From the NCBI GenBank assembly GCA_040289575.1, contig PSLL01000003.1, positions 56,049 to 112,870 on the forward strand: a stretch of 56,822 nt of DNA. Reading direction: 5' to 3'. This document shows positions 40,206-51,064 of this stretch, one piece after another; positions within the stretch are counted from its first letter, which is position 1; every line of letters begins with the position of its first letter. The stretch comes from Candidatus Dadabacteria bacterium (GTDB lineage: Bacteria; Desulfobacterota_D; UBA1144; Nemesobacterales; CSP1-2). Position numbers and translations under genes: made by a program. Below the pieces are notes generated by a model. That model saw nothing but the letters and a program-made list of their open reading frames with translations. It made no database searches and was not told the origin of the DNA.

Positions 40206-40898
40206 CTATGGATATATAAGTACAATCAACTCCTTCGGTCCGTGAACGCCCAATGTGAGGTTAAGCTCAATGTCTGCTGTTCGGCTGGGACCTGTGATAA
40301 ATGTCATACAGCTTGTCGGCTCGGAGCGGTTTTTCACAAGAAAAAATAATTCATCTAGATTCTCAACAACTACATTGGATCTCATGACCGCTATATGAAT
40401 CGGTGGGATTAGGGAAATCGAACGCGGCTGCGTTTCATTTGTAATTAGAACTATTGTTCCTGTCTCCGCTATGGCAAAATCCGTCCCTGTAATTCCAATA
40501 TCAGCCCTTGCCATCTCATCTTTGTTAATCGGAGAAGCGAGTTGTAAACTCTTATCCAAAATCAAATTGCGGAGGCCTATTAATAAATCCGATTCCCACA
40601 TTGCCAGTAGCTTGGCATTGTATTCTTCTATCAGCCTTGTAATAAATCCTCTAATTTCATCCTCTCCTCTTCCAACCATTACCCTTCCGCCTGCCTTTGT
40701 AATCTCATCTATAAATCGGTTTATCAAATCCCATTTCTTTTCTTCTAGCCTCTCACGAACCTCTGTAATCCTCTGTTGAATCCATTTACCGTCGGTTGGA
40801 GGAGGGAAAATAGTTTCTTTTTCTTCTATTGTATTTGAAGGACCCCGAAGTCCGGTTTTTATACGCCTTAGAATCTCTTTCCTTGAATCTCCGCTCAT
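40206..40898 (-). CDS. lutC: Lactate utilization protein C (LUD domain)
   Basis: AIAETGT, SLIPPIHI and ITGPSRTADIELNLTLGVHGP. Confidence 0.88.
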   Translation of the reverse strand: MSGDSRKEILRRIKTGLRGPSNTIEEKETIFPPPTDGKWIQQRITEVRERLEEKKWDLINRFIDEITKAGGRVMVGRGEDEIRGFITRLIEEYNAKLLAMWESDLLIGLRNLILDKSLQLASPINKDEMARADIGITGTDFAIAETGTIVLITNETQPRSISLIPPIHIAVMRSNVVVENLDELFFLVKNRSEPTSCMTFITGPSRTADIELNLTLGVHGPKELIVLIYP

Positions 40899-40904
40899 TA
40901 GTTT

Positions 40905-42326
40905 TTATGTGTCCTTAATTTCTCTCCACATCCTTCTAAAAGGCGTTTTTGATACGGCCGGGAAATCCCGGTGATTTGTCCATCTTGAGAAAGGCAATGG
41001 CAGTGACCTCAGCCTGCCATTCTTGAGCCATGGCTTTTGGACGATATACGATAGTGAAGAGACCAAACTGTAGATTATCTTGTGCTCCATAGAAAACCGC
41101 CAGAGCCTTACAGCAATCCGCTCTCCGAACCCTGTGTTTTTCCTCCCTTCTTTGCTGTCCTTAACCCTTTTTCTGAGTTCTAACAAAACCCTGGGGATAT
41201 CAATTTTTACCGGACAAACATCCTTACACGCGCCGCAAAGGGACGATGCAAATGGAAGGTCCGGTGCTTTATCAATCCCCAAGAGTTGTGGGGTTAATAT
41301 TGCTCCAATCGGTCCTGAATATATCCAGCCGTATGAATGTCCGCCTACCTTTCTATATACAGGGCATATGTTGAGGCATGCGCCGCACCTTATACAGTAG
41401 AGCGTTTCTCTTGTCTCTTCATGTGCGAGGATCTCTGATCTTCCGTTGTCCATAATAACCAGGTGAAACTCCTCGGGGCCGTCCGCATCGCTTTTTCTTT
41501 TGGGACCCGTTATAAACGAGACATACGCTGATATCTTCTGCCCTGAGGCACTCCGGAAAAGGACATTTAAAAATGTAGATATGTCCTCAAATTTCGGGGT
41601 TACCTTTTCTATTCCCATAAGGGCTATGTGTATCCTGGGGATGGTTGTCGAGAGCCTTGCATTCCCTTCGTTCTCGATAATCACAATCGTCCCGGTTTCC
41701 GCTACGGCAAAATTGACCCCCGAGATCCCCATATCGGCGCTGAGAAACTCCCCCCTTAATTTTTCCCTTGCCACCTTGGTTATCTGCTCTGGCTCTAGGT
41801 TTGGCTGTGTATTTAATCTCTCGGTAAAGAGTCTTGCAATGTCCTCTTTTGTCTTGTGGATTGCAGGGGCAAGTATGTGTGATGGACGCTCTTTTGCAAT
41901 CTGGACTATATATTCTCCTAGGTCTGTCTCTACAACCCTTATTCCTGCTCCTTCAAGGGCCTGATTGAGCTCTATCTCTTCTGTAGCCATGGATTTGCTT
42001 TTTACAACCGACTTCACTTTATTCTTTCGCGCTATATCCAGAATGATGCTGCAGGCTTCGTTTCCATCCCTTGCCCAGTGGATTGTTCCTCCGGCCTTTT
42101 TGATGCTCTCTTCGAGTATCTCTAGGTATTGATCTATGTGTTCTATGGTGTTTTTCTTTATCTCTCTGGCTCTTCTTCTTAGATCCTCCCAGTCTTTAAT
42201 CTCCCCGGTTGCCCTTTCTCGAATGGCTCTAAAGCGGTCGGTTGCATTTCTTAGTGCCTTTTGGAGATTCTGGTTTTTTAGTGCACTCGCTGAGTCTATT
42301 TCAAACCTTAGTCTTCTAGTCTCCAT
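40905..42326 (-). CDS. lutB: Lactate utilization Fe-S protein B
   Basis: KSKSMATEE, ETDLGEYI, NEGN, CIRCGACLNICP and SSLCGACKDVCP. Confidence 0.93.
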   Translation of the reverse strand: METRRLRFEIDSASALKNQNLQKALRNATDRFRAIRERATGEIKDWEDLRRRAREIKKNTIEHIDQYLEILEESIKKAGGTIHWARDGNEACSIILDIARKNKVKSVVKSKSMATEEIELNQALEGAGIRVVETDLGEYIVQIAKERPSHILAPAIHKTKEDIARLFTERLNTQPNLEPEQITKVAREKLRGEFLSADMGISGVNFAVAETGTIVIIENEGNARLSTTIPRIHIALMGIEKVTPKFEDISTFLNVLFRSASGQKISAYVSFITGPKRKSDADGPEEFHLVIMDNGRSEILAHEETRETLYCIRCGACLNICPVYRKVGGHSYGWIYSGPIGAILTPQLLGIDKAPDLPFASSLCGACKDVCPVKIDIPRVLLELRKRVKDSKEGRKNTGFGERIAVRLWRFSMEHKIIYSLVSSLSYIVQKPWLKNGRLRSLPLPFSRWTNHRDFPAVSKTPFRRMWREIKDT

Positions 42327-42363
42327 TGGTAATCTTTGTGTTTTTGTTTGGCTTGTTAATATA

Positions 42364-43113
42364 TTATCTGGAAGCGAGGAGTTCGGCTATGTGCATTGTT
42401 TTTATTGGAATTCCTCTTCGGCTGAGCGCGCCGCCAATCTGCATGAGACATCCCATATCTGTAGATACAATGGTGTCTGCCCCGCTTTTAACAATATTCT
42501 CTATCTTTTCATCTAATATTGATGCGGAGACATCGGGGAATTTTACTGAAAACGTCCCTCCAAATCCGCAGCAGGCATCGTGGAGGTTCATCTCAATAAA
42601 TTCAACCCCCTTTACCGATTTTATTAATTTCCTCGGCTCGTCTTTAATCCTGAGTTCCCGTAGGAGATGGCATGAGTCGTGGTATGTTACCTTCCCATTA
42701 TATATTGCGCCTACGTCTTCTACCCTTAGTACATTTACTAGAAATTCTGAGAATTCGTATGTCCTTGACGATATATTATCTAAGACTTCTATCATCTTTG
42801 GCTCGTTCTTAAACAGCTCCTTATAGAAAACCCTAACCATTGATGTGCATGAGCCCGATGGAGAAACGATAAATCCACTCCGATTAAAGACGGAGAGGAA
42901 TCTCTTCGCAACCTCCTTTGCATCGTGGTGGAACCCACTGTTGAAAGCTGGCTGTCCACAGCATGTTTGGTCTTCTGGGAAATCTATTTCCACTCCGAGG
43001 CTCTTGAGTACTCTTACCATACTCTCTCCGACCTGTGGGAAAAATATGTCTACTAGGCATGTGATAAAAAGAGAGGTTTTTATGTCTATTGAGTCTTTTT
43101 TTGATGTATCCAT
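42364..43113 (-). CDS. lutA: Lactate utilization protein A (CCG-domain Fe-S protein)
   Basis: LFITCLVD, QTCCGQP, SGSC, YHDSCH and CCGFGGTFS; start at ATG 43113. Confidence 0.92.
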   Translation of the reverse strand: MDTSKKDSIDIKTSLFITCLVDIFFPQVGESMVRVLKSLGVEIDFPEDQTCCGQPAFNSGFHHDAKEVAKRFLSVFNRSGFIVSPSGSCTSMVRVFYKELFKNEPKMIEVLDNISSRTYEFSEFLVNVLRVEDVGAIYNGKVTYHDSCHLLRELRIKDEPRKLIKSVKGVEFIEMNLHDACCGFGGTFSVKFPDVSASILDEKIENIVKSGADTIVSTDMGCLMQIGGALSRRGIPIKTMHIAELLASR

Positions 43114-43389
43114 TTTTTTTCTTCTGTTTATTTTGTGTGCGGAAGAGTTAAGGAGTTTTATTTTCAATCAATGATGAGTAAATTGTCTGGGCTTTGGTAG
43201 TCTTTTATTTCTAGTAGTTGATTCCAAAAAACTGTTCCTTGATTAATAGGCGTGATATATTTTCATTTTTTTATAACTTACCCCTTATAACTCTGCCTTG
43301 TTACCAGACCCATTCTATCAAAAACTAGAGACTAAAGTCAAGTAGCCCATTTGCTTGCGATTGGATTTAGTCGCTGTAAAATAAAAGCA

Positions 43390-44433
43390 ATGGTGTTTGA
43401 GGAGTTACCAATTCCACCCCATTTTAATCCAGATAATGTAGGGAGAATCTGGAAGGTAGCCTACGAGGAGATTGCAAGGGCTGCAACAAAATGGGCTGAA
43501 GAGTACAATATTCAGCCGGCCGCTAAGGACCGATTCAAAGTGTGCTTAGTGGCTGTGGATGTTCAGAACACATTCTGTATTCCGGGTTTTGAGCTTTATG
43601 TCGGTGGCCGATCTGGAACAGCGGCAGTTGATGATAACAGGCGGCTTTGTGGGTTTATTTATCGTAATCTCTACAGAATTACTCAGATTGTGCCGACTAT
43701 GGACACACATCAGGCAACCCAGATCTTTCACAGCATTTTTCTAATAAATGATAAAGGGGAACATCCATCACCCTTTACGCTTATCACTGAAGAGGATATT
43801 AATCAAGGACATTGGCGGTTTAATACTGATCTGGCTCCTAGCCTTCGGTTTAGCGCGGATTATGTACAACGTCACCTGCTTTACTACACAAGTGAGCTTA
43901 AAAGGAGCGGCAAATATGAGCTTACTATATGGCCTTATCATGCTATGCTGGGTGGGATTGGTCATGCATTAGTACCGGCAATAGAGGAGGCAATCTTCTT
44001 TCACACTATTGCTAGGTACAGCCAGCCGGATATTTACATAAAGGGTAGTCACCCGCTGACTGAGCATTATTCGGTGCTGGGTCCGGAGGTATCAACGGGA
44101 CCGGACGGTGAGCAATTAGTTCAGAGGAGTGATAGGTTTTTTATTGAAAAACTCTTGGAATTTAATGTGGTGGTTATTGCTGGGCAGGCCAAGAGCCACT
44201 GCGTGGCTTGGACGATTGCTGATTTATTGGATGTTGTGGCTCGTGATAAAAATTTGGTGGAAAAGGTCTATCTCCTAGATGATTGTACATCTCCTATTGT
44301 TGTGCCGGGTGTGGTTGATTACACCGACAAGGCTAATGAAGCCTTCCAAAGGTTTGCTGATGCTGGGATGCATATTGTGCATTCAACTGAGCCAATAGAG
44401 ACTTGGCCGGGGATTAAAATGCCTGTGGGCTAA
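43390..44433 (+). CDS. Isochorismatase/nicotinamidase-like cysteine hydrolase
   Basis: [20 protein letters not shown] and [12 protein letters not shown] 43390 taken as start. Confidence 0.85.
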   Translation: MVFEELPIPPHFNPDNVGRIWKVAYEEIARAATKWAEEYNIQPAAKDRFKVCLVAVDVQNTFCIPGFELYVGGRSGTAAVDDNRRLCGFIYRNLYRITQIVPTMDTHQATQIFHSIFLINDKGEHPSPFTLITEEDINQGHWRFNTDLAPSLRFSADYVQRHLLYYTSELKRSGKYELTIWPYHAMLGGIGHALVPAIEEAIFFHTIARYSQPDIYIKGSHPLTEHYSVLGPEVSTGPDGEQLVQRSDRFFIEKLLEFNVVVIAGQAKSHCVAWTIADLLDVVARDKNLVEKVYLLDDCTSPIVVPGVVDYTDKANEAFQRFADAGMHIVHSTEPIETWPGIKMPVG

Positions 44434-44470
44434 TTCCTCTGATTTGGGGGAGCAATAGCGGCAATCAAAT

Positions 44471-44640
44471 TCAATAAAGAACATTATAGCCTCGACCCCT
44501 TATACAGCCTGAGAGAATCTGACGATACTTATATTCGCCTTGAGCCCCGCCCTCTGCCGCGCCATCAGTGCCACCCAAAAGAGCACCATCAGTGCACTGA
44601 GATCAGCTCCCACTATGCTACCAATGCCTGCCCCGGCTAT
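44471..44640 (-). pseudogene. Glycine-zipper protein C-terminal remnant
   Basis: Minus strand gives IAGAGIGSIVGA... and, after disruption, GGAQGEYKYRQILSGCIRGRGYNVLY* (stop at 44471-44473). Confidence 0.5.
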
Positions 44641-44890
44641 CTTTTCAACCTAATCACTACTTATAGACTGTTCCAAGAGAAGCAGCAGAAGCTTATCGTG
44701 TATTCGAATTGACTCATCAATCTTAGCCCGAAACTTATCTCCTATTTTTAAATCTTCAGGTGCAAACCAGCATCAAGTACAGATAGGAGATATTCAATAG
44801 GTCTGGCTTTATCTCAGGGTTCTCTTTTCTTCACTTATTCCAACCATCCACCCCTTGTTTGAGAATCTTAAGATGTTCCTCGTTTGTCAT
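44641..44890 (-). pseudogene. Remnant of a pentapeptide-repeat/TIR-domain gene
   Basis: From ATG 44890: MTNEEHLKILKQGVDGWNK*RKENPEIKPDL, then CWFAPEDLKIGDKFRAKIDESIRIHDKLLLLLLEQSISSD*VEK (TIR_2-like). Two Trp codons have become stops and there is a large internal deletion. Not in the ORF track. Confidence 0.75.
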
Positions 44891-44897
44891 AGAAAAC

Positions 44898-47691
44898 TTA
44901 TCCTCTCATCTCCCCCAGATGTCCAACGCATCTGCCACACAAAGTCGGATAGTTTGAATCACCTCCGACAGTCGTTCTATATGTCCAGCACCTCTCGCAT
45001 TTCTCTCCAGGGGCTTTTTGGACATTGACTATGAGCCCTGGAATATCGGCGCTCTCAAAAACATTATCGCCCTTTGGAGATTCACCAACAATCTCCATAT
45101 GAGACACAATTGCCGCCCTCTTGAGTAGTTCCAGATTCTCCTCTACAAAATTCTTGACCTCGCCTTCAACATAAATTCCAATTCCGGCTTCAAGAGAGCT
45201 TCCAATGAATTTATCCTTTCTTGCTCTCTCAAGTGCCTTGAGTATCTCATCCCTTATGAGAAGAAGCCTCTTCCATTTCTCCTCAAGCTTATTATTAATA
45301 AACTCAGGCTTCGGAAATGGCGCTAGATGAACACTCTCCATCTTCTCACCGGGGATATATTGCCACACCTCATCGGCAGTGAATGAGAGAACAGGGGCAG
45401 AGAGCCTTGTGAGCCAATTCAATATAATATAAATCGCGGTCTGAGCAGACCTCCTTTTTTTCTGAACGGGGGGGGAATGTGTATAGAACATCCTTTTGAA
45501 TATCAAGGTAGATTGCGCTTAAATCTACAATACAAAAACGCTGAATATCGTGGTAGATGGTATGGAACTCGTAATTTTCATAACCCTTGAGTATCTCTTG
45601 AGACAGAACCCCGAGACGGTGTAGAATCCACCTGTCAATCTCTTCCAGCCTTTCATACCCCAATGCATCCCTTACAGGATCGAAGTCATAAAGGTTTCCA
45701 AGGAGGTAGCGAAATGTGTTTCTTATCTTTCTATAAGACTCCGTAAGCCTATCTAAAATCTCGCCCGATATTCTTATGTCCCCTCTATAGTCCTCAGCTA
45801 CAACCCAGAGCCGAAGGATCTCCGCCCCGTATTTCTTTATAATCTCGGCGGGCACTGTAACGTTTCCCTTCGACTTAGACATCTTCTCGCCCTCTTTATC
45901 CACAACGAACCCGTGCGTAAGAACAGATCTATAAGGAGCAATCCCCCTTGTTCCCACAGATACAAGTAGGCTTGAATGGAACCAACCTCTATGCTGATCG
46001 CTTCCTTCAAGATACATATCGGCGGGCATGGAAAGCCCAGAATCCCTTTCAAGCACCGCGGCAAAGCTCACGCCCGAATCAAACCAGACATCGAGAATAT
46101 CGGTCTCAGGTCTCCAATCCAGCCCCCCGCAATTAGGGCACTTTGTCATGGCGGGGAGGAGTTGTTTGAAGTCAAGGGTAAACCACGCATCCGCTCCCTG
46201 TTCTTCAAAGATCCGAGATACATAATCAACAATATCGGCATCCATAAGCATATAGTCACAGGTGTTGCAATAGAAAACAATAATCGGCACTCCCCATGCC
46301 CTCTGCCTTGAGATACACCAATCGGGGCGATTCTCTATCATGTTATGAATCCTCTCCCTGCCCCAATCGGGAATCCATCTTACATGCCCATCTATCTCAT
46401 GAAGCGCCCTCTTTCTCAGTTCATTCTTTTCCATAGAGATGAACCACTGAGGCGTAGCCCTGAATATAATCGGGTTCTTGCACCGCCAGCAATGGGGATA
46501 TGAGTGTGTGATTTTTTCTTCTTTAAAGAGATTCCCTACCTCTTTTAGTTTTTCAATTATATTTTTATTCGCATCATAGACCAATATTCCGCCAAAGAAT
46601 TCAACGTCTTTGGTAAACCTTCCCCTTGTATCCACAGGGGCGTAAATATCGAGATTATATCTCTTCCCAATCTCATAGTCCTCCTGTCCGTGCCCTGGAG
46701 CAATGTGAACTATTCCGGTTCCCGTATCAAGGGCTACAAAATCGCCCAGTGTTGCAACGGATTCCCTTTCATAGAAAGGGTGTTTAAACCTTAAGCCTTC
46801 CATAATTTTTCCTTTAAACCTTTCAATGATCTTTGCCTCTTTACCAACCACATTTTCAAGAAGCGCTTCTGCAAGGATATAAATCTCCCCTTTAAACTCC
46901 GCCACAACGTAGGTGTATTCAGGATGAAAAGCAAGCGCCAGGTTCGCAGGAAGCGTCCAAGGGGTTGTAGTCCATATAAGGGCAAACACCTTCTTTCCGG
47001 ATAGAGGCATAAAATTTTGTATCTCTAATAATGGGAATTTTACGTAGACCGAGGGCGACGTTTTATCCTCGTATTCCACCTCAGCCTCAGCAAGCGCGGT
47101 CTGGTCATAATAACACCAATAGACCGGCTTCTTTCCCCTGTATAAGCCCCCGTTTCTCATGAATTTACCCAGCTCCCTTGCAATCGTAGCCTCATACCCG
47201 AAGCTCATTGTGAGATACGGATGCTCCCAGTCACCAAAAACACCGATGCGTTTAAACTCCTCCCTCTGAATCCCCACAAATCTCTCGGCGTATAGCCTGC
47301 AGGCCCTTCTTATCTCAATCTTTGATGCGGCTTCTTTTCTTGCTCCCAGGTCCTTTGTCACCTGATACTCAATAGGAAGCCCGTGGCAATCCCATCCGGG
47401 AACATAATATGAGTCCATACCCGACATAGTCTTGGATTTCACTATCACGTCTTTTAGAATCTTATTCAGGCAATGCCCTATGTGTATATGGCCGTTCGCA
47501 TATGGAGGGCCGTCATGGAGTATGAATTTAGGTCTTCCGTGAGACTCCGTACGGATTCTTTCATAGAGCCTTATCCTCTCCCATCTCTCAAGGATCTCGG
47601 GTTCTTTTTGATTGAGATTTGCCTTCATTGGGAAATCCGTGCGCGGAAGATTCAGTGTGTCTTTATAATCCAATGCTTTCTCTTCAGACAT
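44898..47691 (-). CDS. ileS: Isoleucine--tRNA ligase (IleRS1 type), interrupted by a +1 frameshift at ~45455-45475
   Basis: [27 protein letters not shown] and KMSKS in the first ORF; RRSAQT and the Zn finger CERCW...CGRC in the second. The junction contains C8 and A7 runs. Confidence 0.93.
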
Positions 47692-47822
47692 AAGGCTTTA
47701 GTTCTCCTCTTATTAATGTATTCTATATCAGACCCGCGATGGCGAATCTCCAAGAAGTATTAGCAAAGACAGGAAAAAAAGCAAGAAAATTGCAGGAGAG
47801 GTTCGCAAACCATCCCGACACA

Positions 47823-48522
47823 TCAAGATGTCTTGCGCGACTCTAGGAATGCAACAATGGCATTGAGTTCATCCAGCGTGAGATTGCCTCCGAATGAGGG
47901 CATATTGGTTCCACCGTTGAGAATACGCCATGTCATCTGCTCAGGCGTAAGGCGATTCCCAACATCCGTGAGTGCAGGACCCCTGTGACCACCGTATCCT
48001 GCAATAGCATGACAAAATTCACAGCCCTTAACGTGGAAGAGTTGTGCGCCCCTATAAATTGGACCGCTTGTTACACCGACGACCTCGACCGGAAGTGGCT
48101 TTGCATTAAAATCCGGTGACCATGGCACCTTCTTACCCTCTATCCATGGCAATAAGGACGATGATAAGCACAATTCCAATAGCCCATGGGCGCCGTATTG
48201 GGCTATGCTCACCCCGATTTGCAATAAAGGGCAACAGAATCAGTATGATTCCTACAAGTACTGGTCCAAAGATGATAAGATAAGATTCAAGCCCGGCAGA
48301 AATTAGGGCAAACAGGGCAAATATCCAGAGGAAATACCAGTCGGGTCGCGGGTAGGCTTCAATTATGCTCAGATCGGACGGCTTACCTAATTCTGGTGGG
48401 CCGACAATGATTGCTAGAATCACAATTGCCAGGATTACACCGACCCCGAATACAACATCCCTCCATGCAGCGTAGGGCCAGTCGGTATCACCGCTTTGGA
48501 AATACTGTAAAACCATTGCCAA
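47823..48522 (-). pseudogene. Cytochrome b C-terminal (subunit IV) / cytochrome c fusion remnant
   Basis: WPYAAWRD, PRPDWYFLW (PEWY-like), SPIRRP; after a frameshift near 48135, the heme c motif CEFCH and MPSF. The N-terminal heme b part is missing. Confidence 0.8.
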
Positions 48523-48563
48523 ATATCCTTTAAGGGTCTCATATTATCTACTCCTGCATACCT

Positions 48564-48780
48564 TTATAACCACTTGGTGGTAGTAAGCGGAATTGGGCTA
48601 GCAAGGATCTCGACCTGTCTATTCCTCACACGCACAGAGTAACGGGGCAGCAGCCTTGGCGGCGGACCGGCAGCAACTTCACCGTCCTCGTAGTACACCC
48701 CGCCGTGGCATGGACACATGAACAGGGCAGAATTGGCTGTAACCCCCGCCCACGGAAGCGGTGAGGCATTCTTAAAGATT
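48564..48780 (-). pseudogene. Rieske Fe-S protein C-terminal remnant
   Basis: FMCPCHGGVYYEDGEVAAGPPPR; the first CxH box is absent. Confidence 0.8.
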
Positions 48781-49370
48781 ACCGCTAATGTTATAACAAT
48801 GCCGAGTATTGTGTATGCCACACACGCAGAGAAAAGATAGGTTATTGATATAAGCGGCCGAAGACGCATCTCCGGCAAAGGCGTATTGACAGGCCACCAG
48901 AATAATATTCCCATTATAATGAGTGATAAACGCTCAATTGTATTGTATAGCCTCGTTGTCCAGTGCCAAGTTATACAAGGCCGGTATGTGCCATATCCAC
49001 ATAGCACCGATGCCCGAAAGCCACCCCAAAAGGGGCCATCGGAGTACACGTCCTAACCCCCTGGTAGGCGGACAGACAAATACCCTCTGAGCCAGTTCGG
49101 AAGGGATGTCTAGTATCAGTAGAAAGGGACTATCAGCAAGAGCAATATATGTTGTGCCATATGCGCACTAAAAAGGTATATATGTCCGATTTCGTTGAGC
49201 GGTGATGATAATAAGGCAATAAATAACACGAAAACCCCGGAGACAAAAGGCACGGTTTCTTTAGAAAAGCGGAAGCGGTTCGCGGCGCCATAGTCTAAAA
49301 CCAGCGATACGCATCTGATTAAAACATAGGGATTCCAATTCGATGTTGATTCTAATATATGCCATGTTGT
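48781..49370 (-). pseudogene. caa3-type CtaG cytochrome oxidase assembly factor remnant
   Basis: IALLSSPL...YLFSAHMAQHILLLLIVP, WHW and GILFWWPV across frameshifted fragments; boundaries approximate. Confidence 0.75.
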
Positions 49371-49374
49371 TATA

Positions 49375-49844
49375 TATACACCCCCAGATAAACAATTGAG
49401 AATATGACTATCCATACTGCATCAACAAAGTGCCAATGGAGGGAGATTGTCCCCACGGCGGATGATTTTTTTTATTTTTAAAATCCCCCCAAGGCTAGAC
49501 CGAAGAGGATACTAAGAGCAATAAGCCCTACGAGAACATGAAAACCATGAAAACCCGTAAGAGTAAAAAACGTGGTTCCAAAAAGGCCGCTGCTAATTGT
49601 CACGTTCTTGTCTATCAGGCCCGACCACTCTATACCCTGCCCAATGAGAAACGCCTCGCCGAGTATGATTGTAATGAGAAGCCATAGACAAGACCTTGAA
49701 TATCTGCTCTGTCTGAGGTCTCTTTCTGAGGAAATACACATATGTCAATATCAATATAAGAGAAAAATTGGCCTCTGATATGATGAATATAATCAAGTCC
49801 AATCTATTCCTTTCAATCATCGGTCTAGCCTCCGTTATTTCCAA
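49375..49844 (-). pseudogene. Cytochrome c oxidase subunit III remnant
   Basis: FIISEANF, GQGIEW, FFTLTGFHGFHV and a separate-frame tail SLHWHFVDAVWIVIFSIVY. Confidence 0.82.
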
Positions 49845-51064
49845 TCGGATTCATTCGGATGAGGCATATCCCAAAGCGGGCGTCGGCTCCTTACAGGTGG
49901 CACATTATCGAAATTGTGTATGGGCGGCGGGGAGATAGTGGCCCACTCAAGAGTCCATGCATCCCATGGGTTATTGCCCGCTGGGTTGCCGCTTCGCAGG
50001 CTGATAAATACATTACATATAAATGCGAGCACAGATAGTGCCAAGATGAAGGCGCCTATAGTTGAAATCAGGTTCAGCATACCCCAATAATGGTAGGTTG
50101 AGATAAGTAAAGACGCGCCGCGGCATGCCTATAAGTCGAGTATATGTTGCACAAAGAATGTTATGTGTCCTTAACCTGCCAATCTATTGGTACGGCGGCA
50201 AATGTTACACCGCTCAATCCGCCGACCGTAAACTGCACGAGAAAGGCGATGGCAAAAAGCATGGCTGTCGTAAAGCGGATAGAGCCCACATTGTAGCAGT
50301 CCAGTTGAAAATCTTAACGCCAGTCGGGACTGCAATCAGCATACTGGCGGCGGAGAATATATCATCGACAGCGTGACCCAAGCCAACAGCAAACATGTGA
50401 TGCGCCTCCACCCCAAGGCTGAGCAGCCCGATTGCCACGGTTGATGCAGCAACAAACCCGTATATCCAAATATTGGCTTGCGTGAAAAGACTGGAATGAC
50501 CTCAGACATGATGCCGAATGCGGGGAGCACCATTATATAGACCTCCGGGTGTCCGAATCCCCAAAACAGGTGTTGCCACAGGACCGCAGAACCGCCCGAA
50601 GAGGGCGTAAAAAACCTCGCGTTGAGAAATCGGTCGGCAAGAATCATCACAAGCGAGGTATTGAGTATGGATAGCGCCAGAATGATCAAAAAGCTATTGA
50701 CAAAAACCTTCCACACAATTGGGGAAACGCCATATCGCGTGCACCGATCATTAGGGGTACAAGATAATTCGCAAATCCAATCAACAATCGGCATGACAAC
50801 GAGAAATATCATTGTCGTGCCGTGCATTGTAAAGATCTGATTATATGCCTCCGGAGAGAGAAAGGCGCCGTTTGGTCGGGCAAGCTGAATACGCATAAGG
50901 AGTGCCTCAACACCGCCGACGATGAAGAAGAATAATGTAACGATAAGATACATAATGCCGATCTGCTTATGGTCAACCGATGATACCCAACTTAACAGAC
51001 CTCTATATTCTTCAAATTCTGCTAAGGGTTTAGTAGTCTCTGAAGCCACTGGAATCTCACTCAT
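49835..51064 (-). pseudogene. Cytochrome c oxidase subunit I remnant (A family)
   Basis: VDHKQIGIMY, MHGTTMIF, WGFGHPEVY, AHHMF, AVPTGVK, GMPRR and NPW...TLEW...SPPP spread over several frames; large deletions include the heme-ligating helix X region. Confidence 0.88.

Noticed and set aside
45455..45462. A-AAA-AAG -1 programmed frameshift motif in ileS
   Set aside because: Joining the two ileS ORFs needs a +1 shift; a -1 slip leads into the wrong frame.
47692..47822. T-box leader upstream of ileS
   Set aside because: The gap is too short and no T-box consensus is visible.
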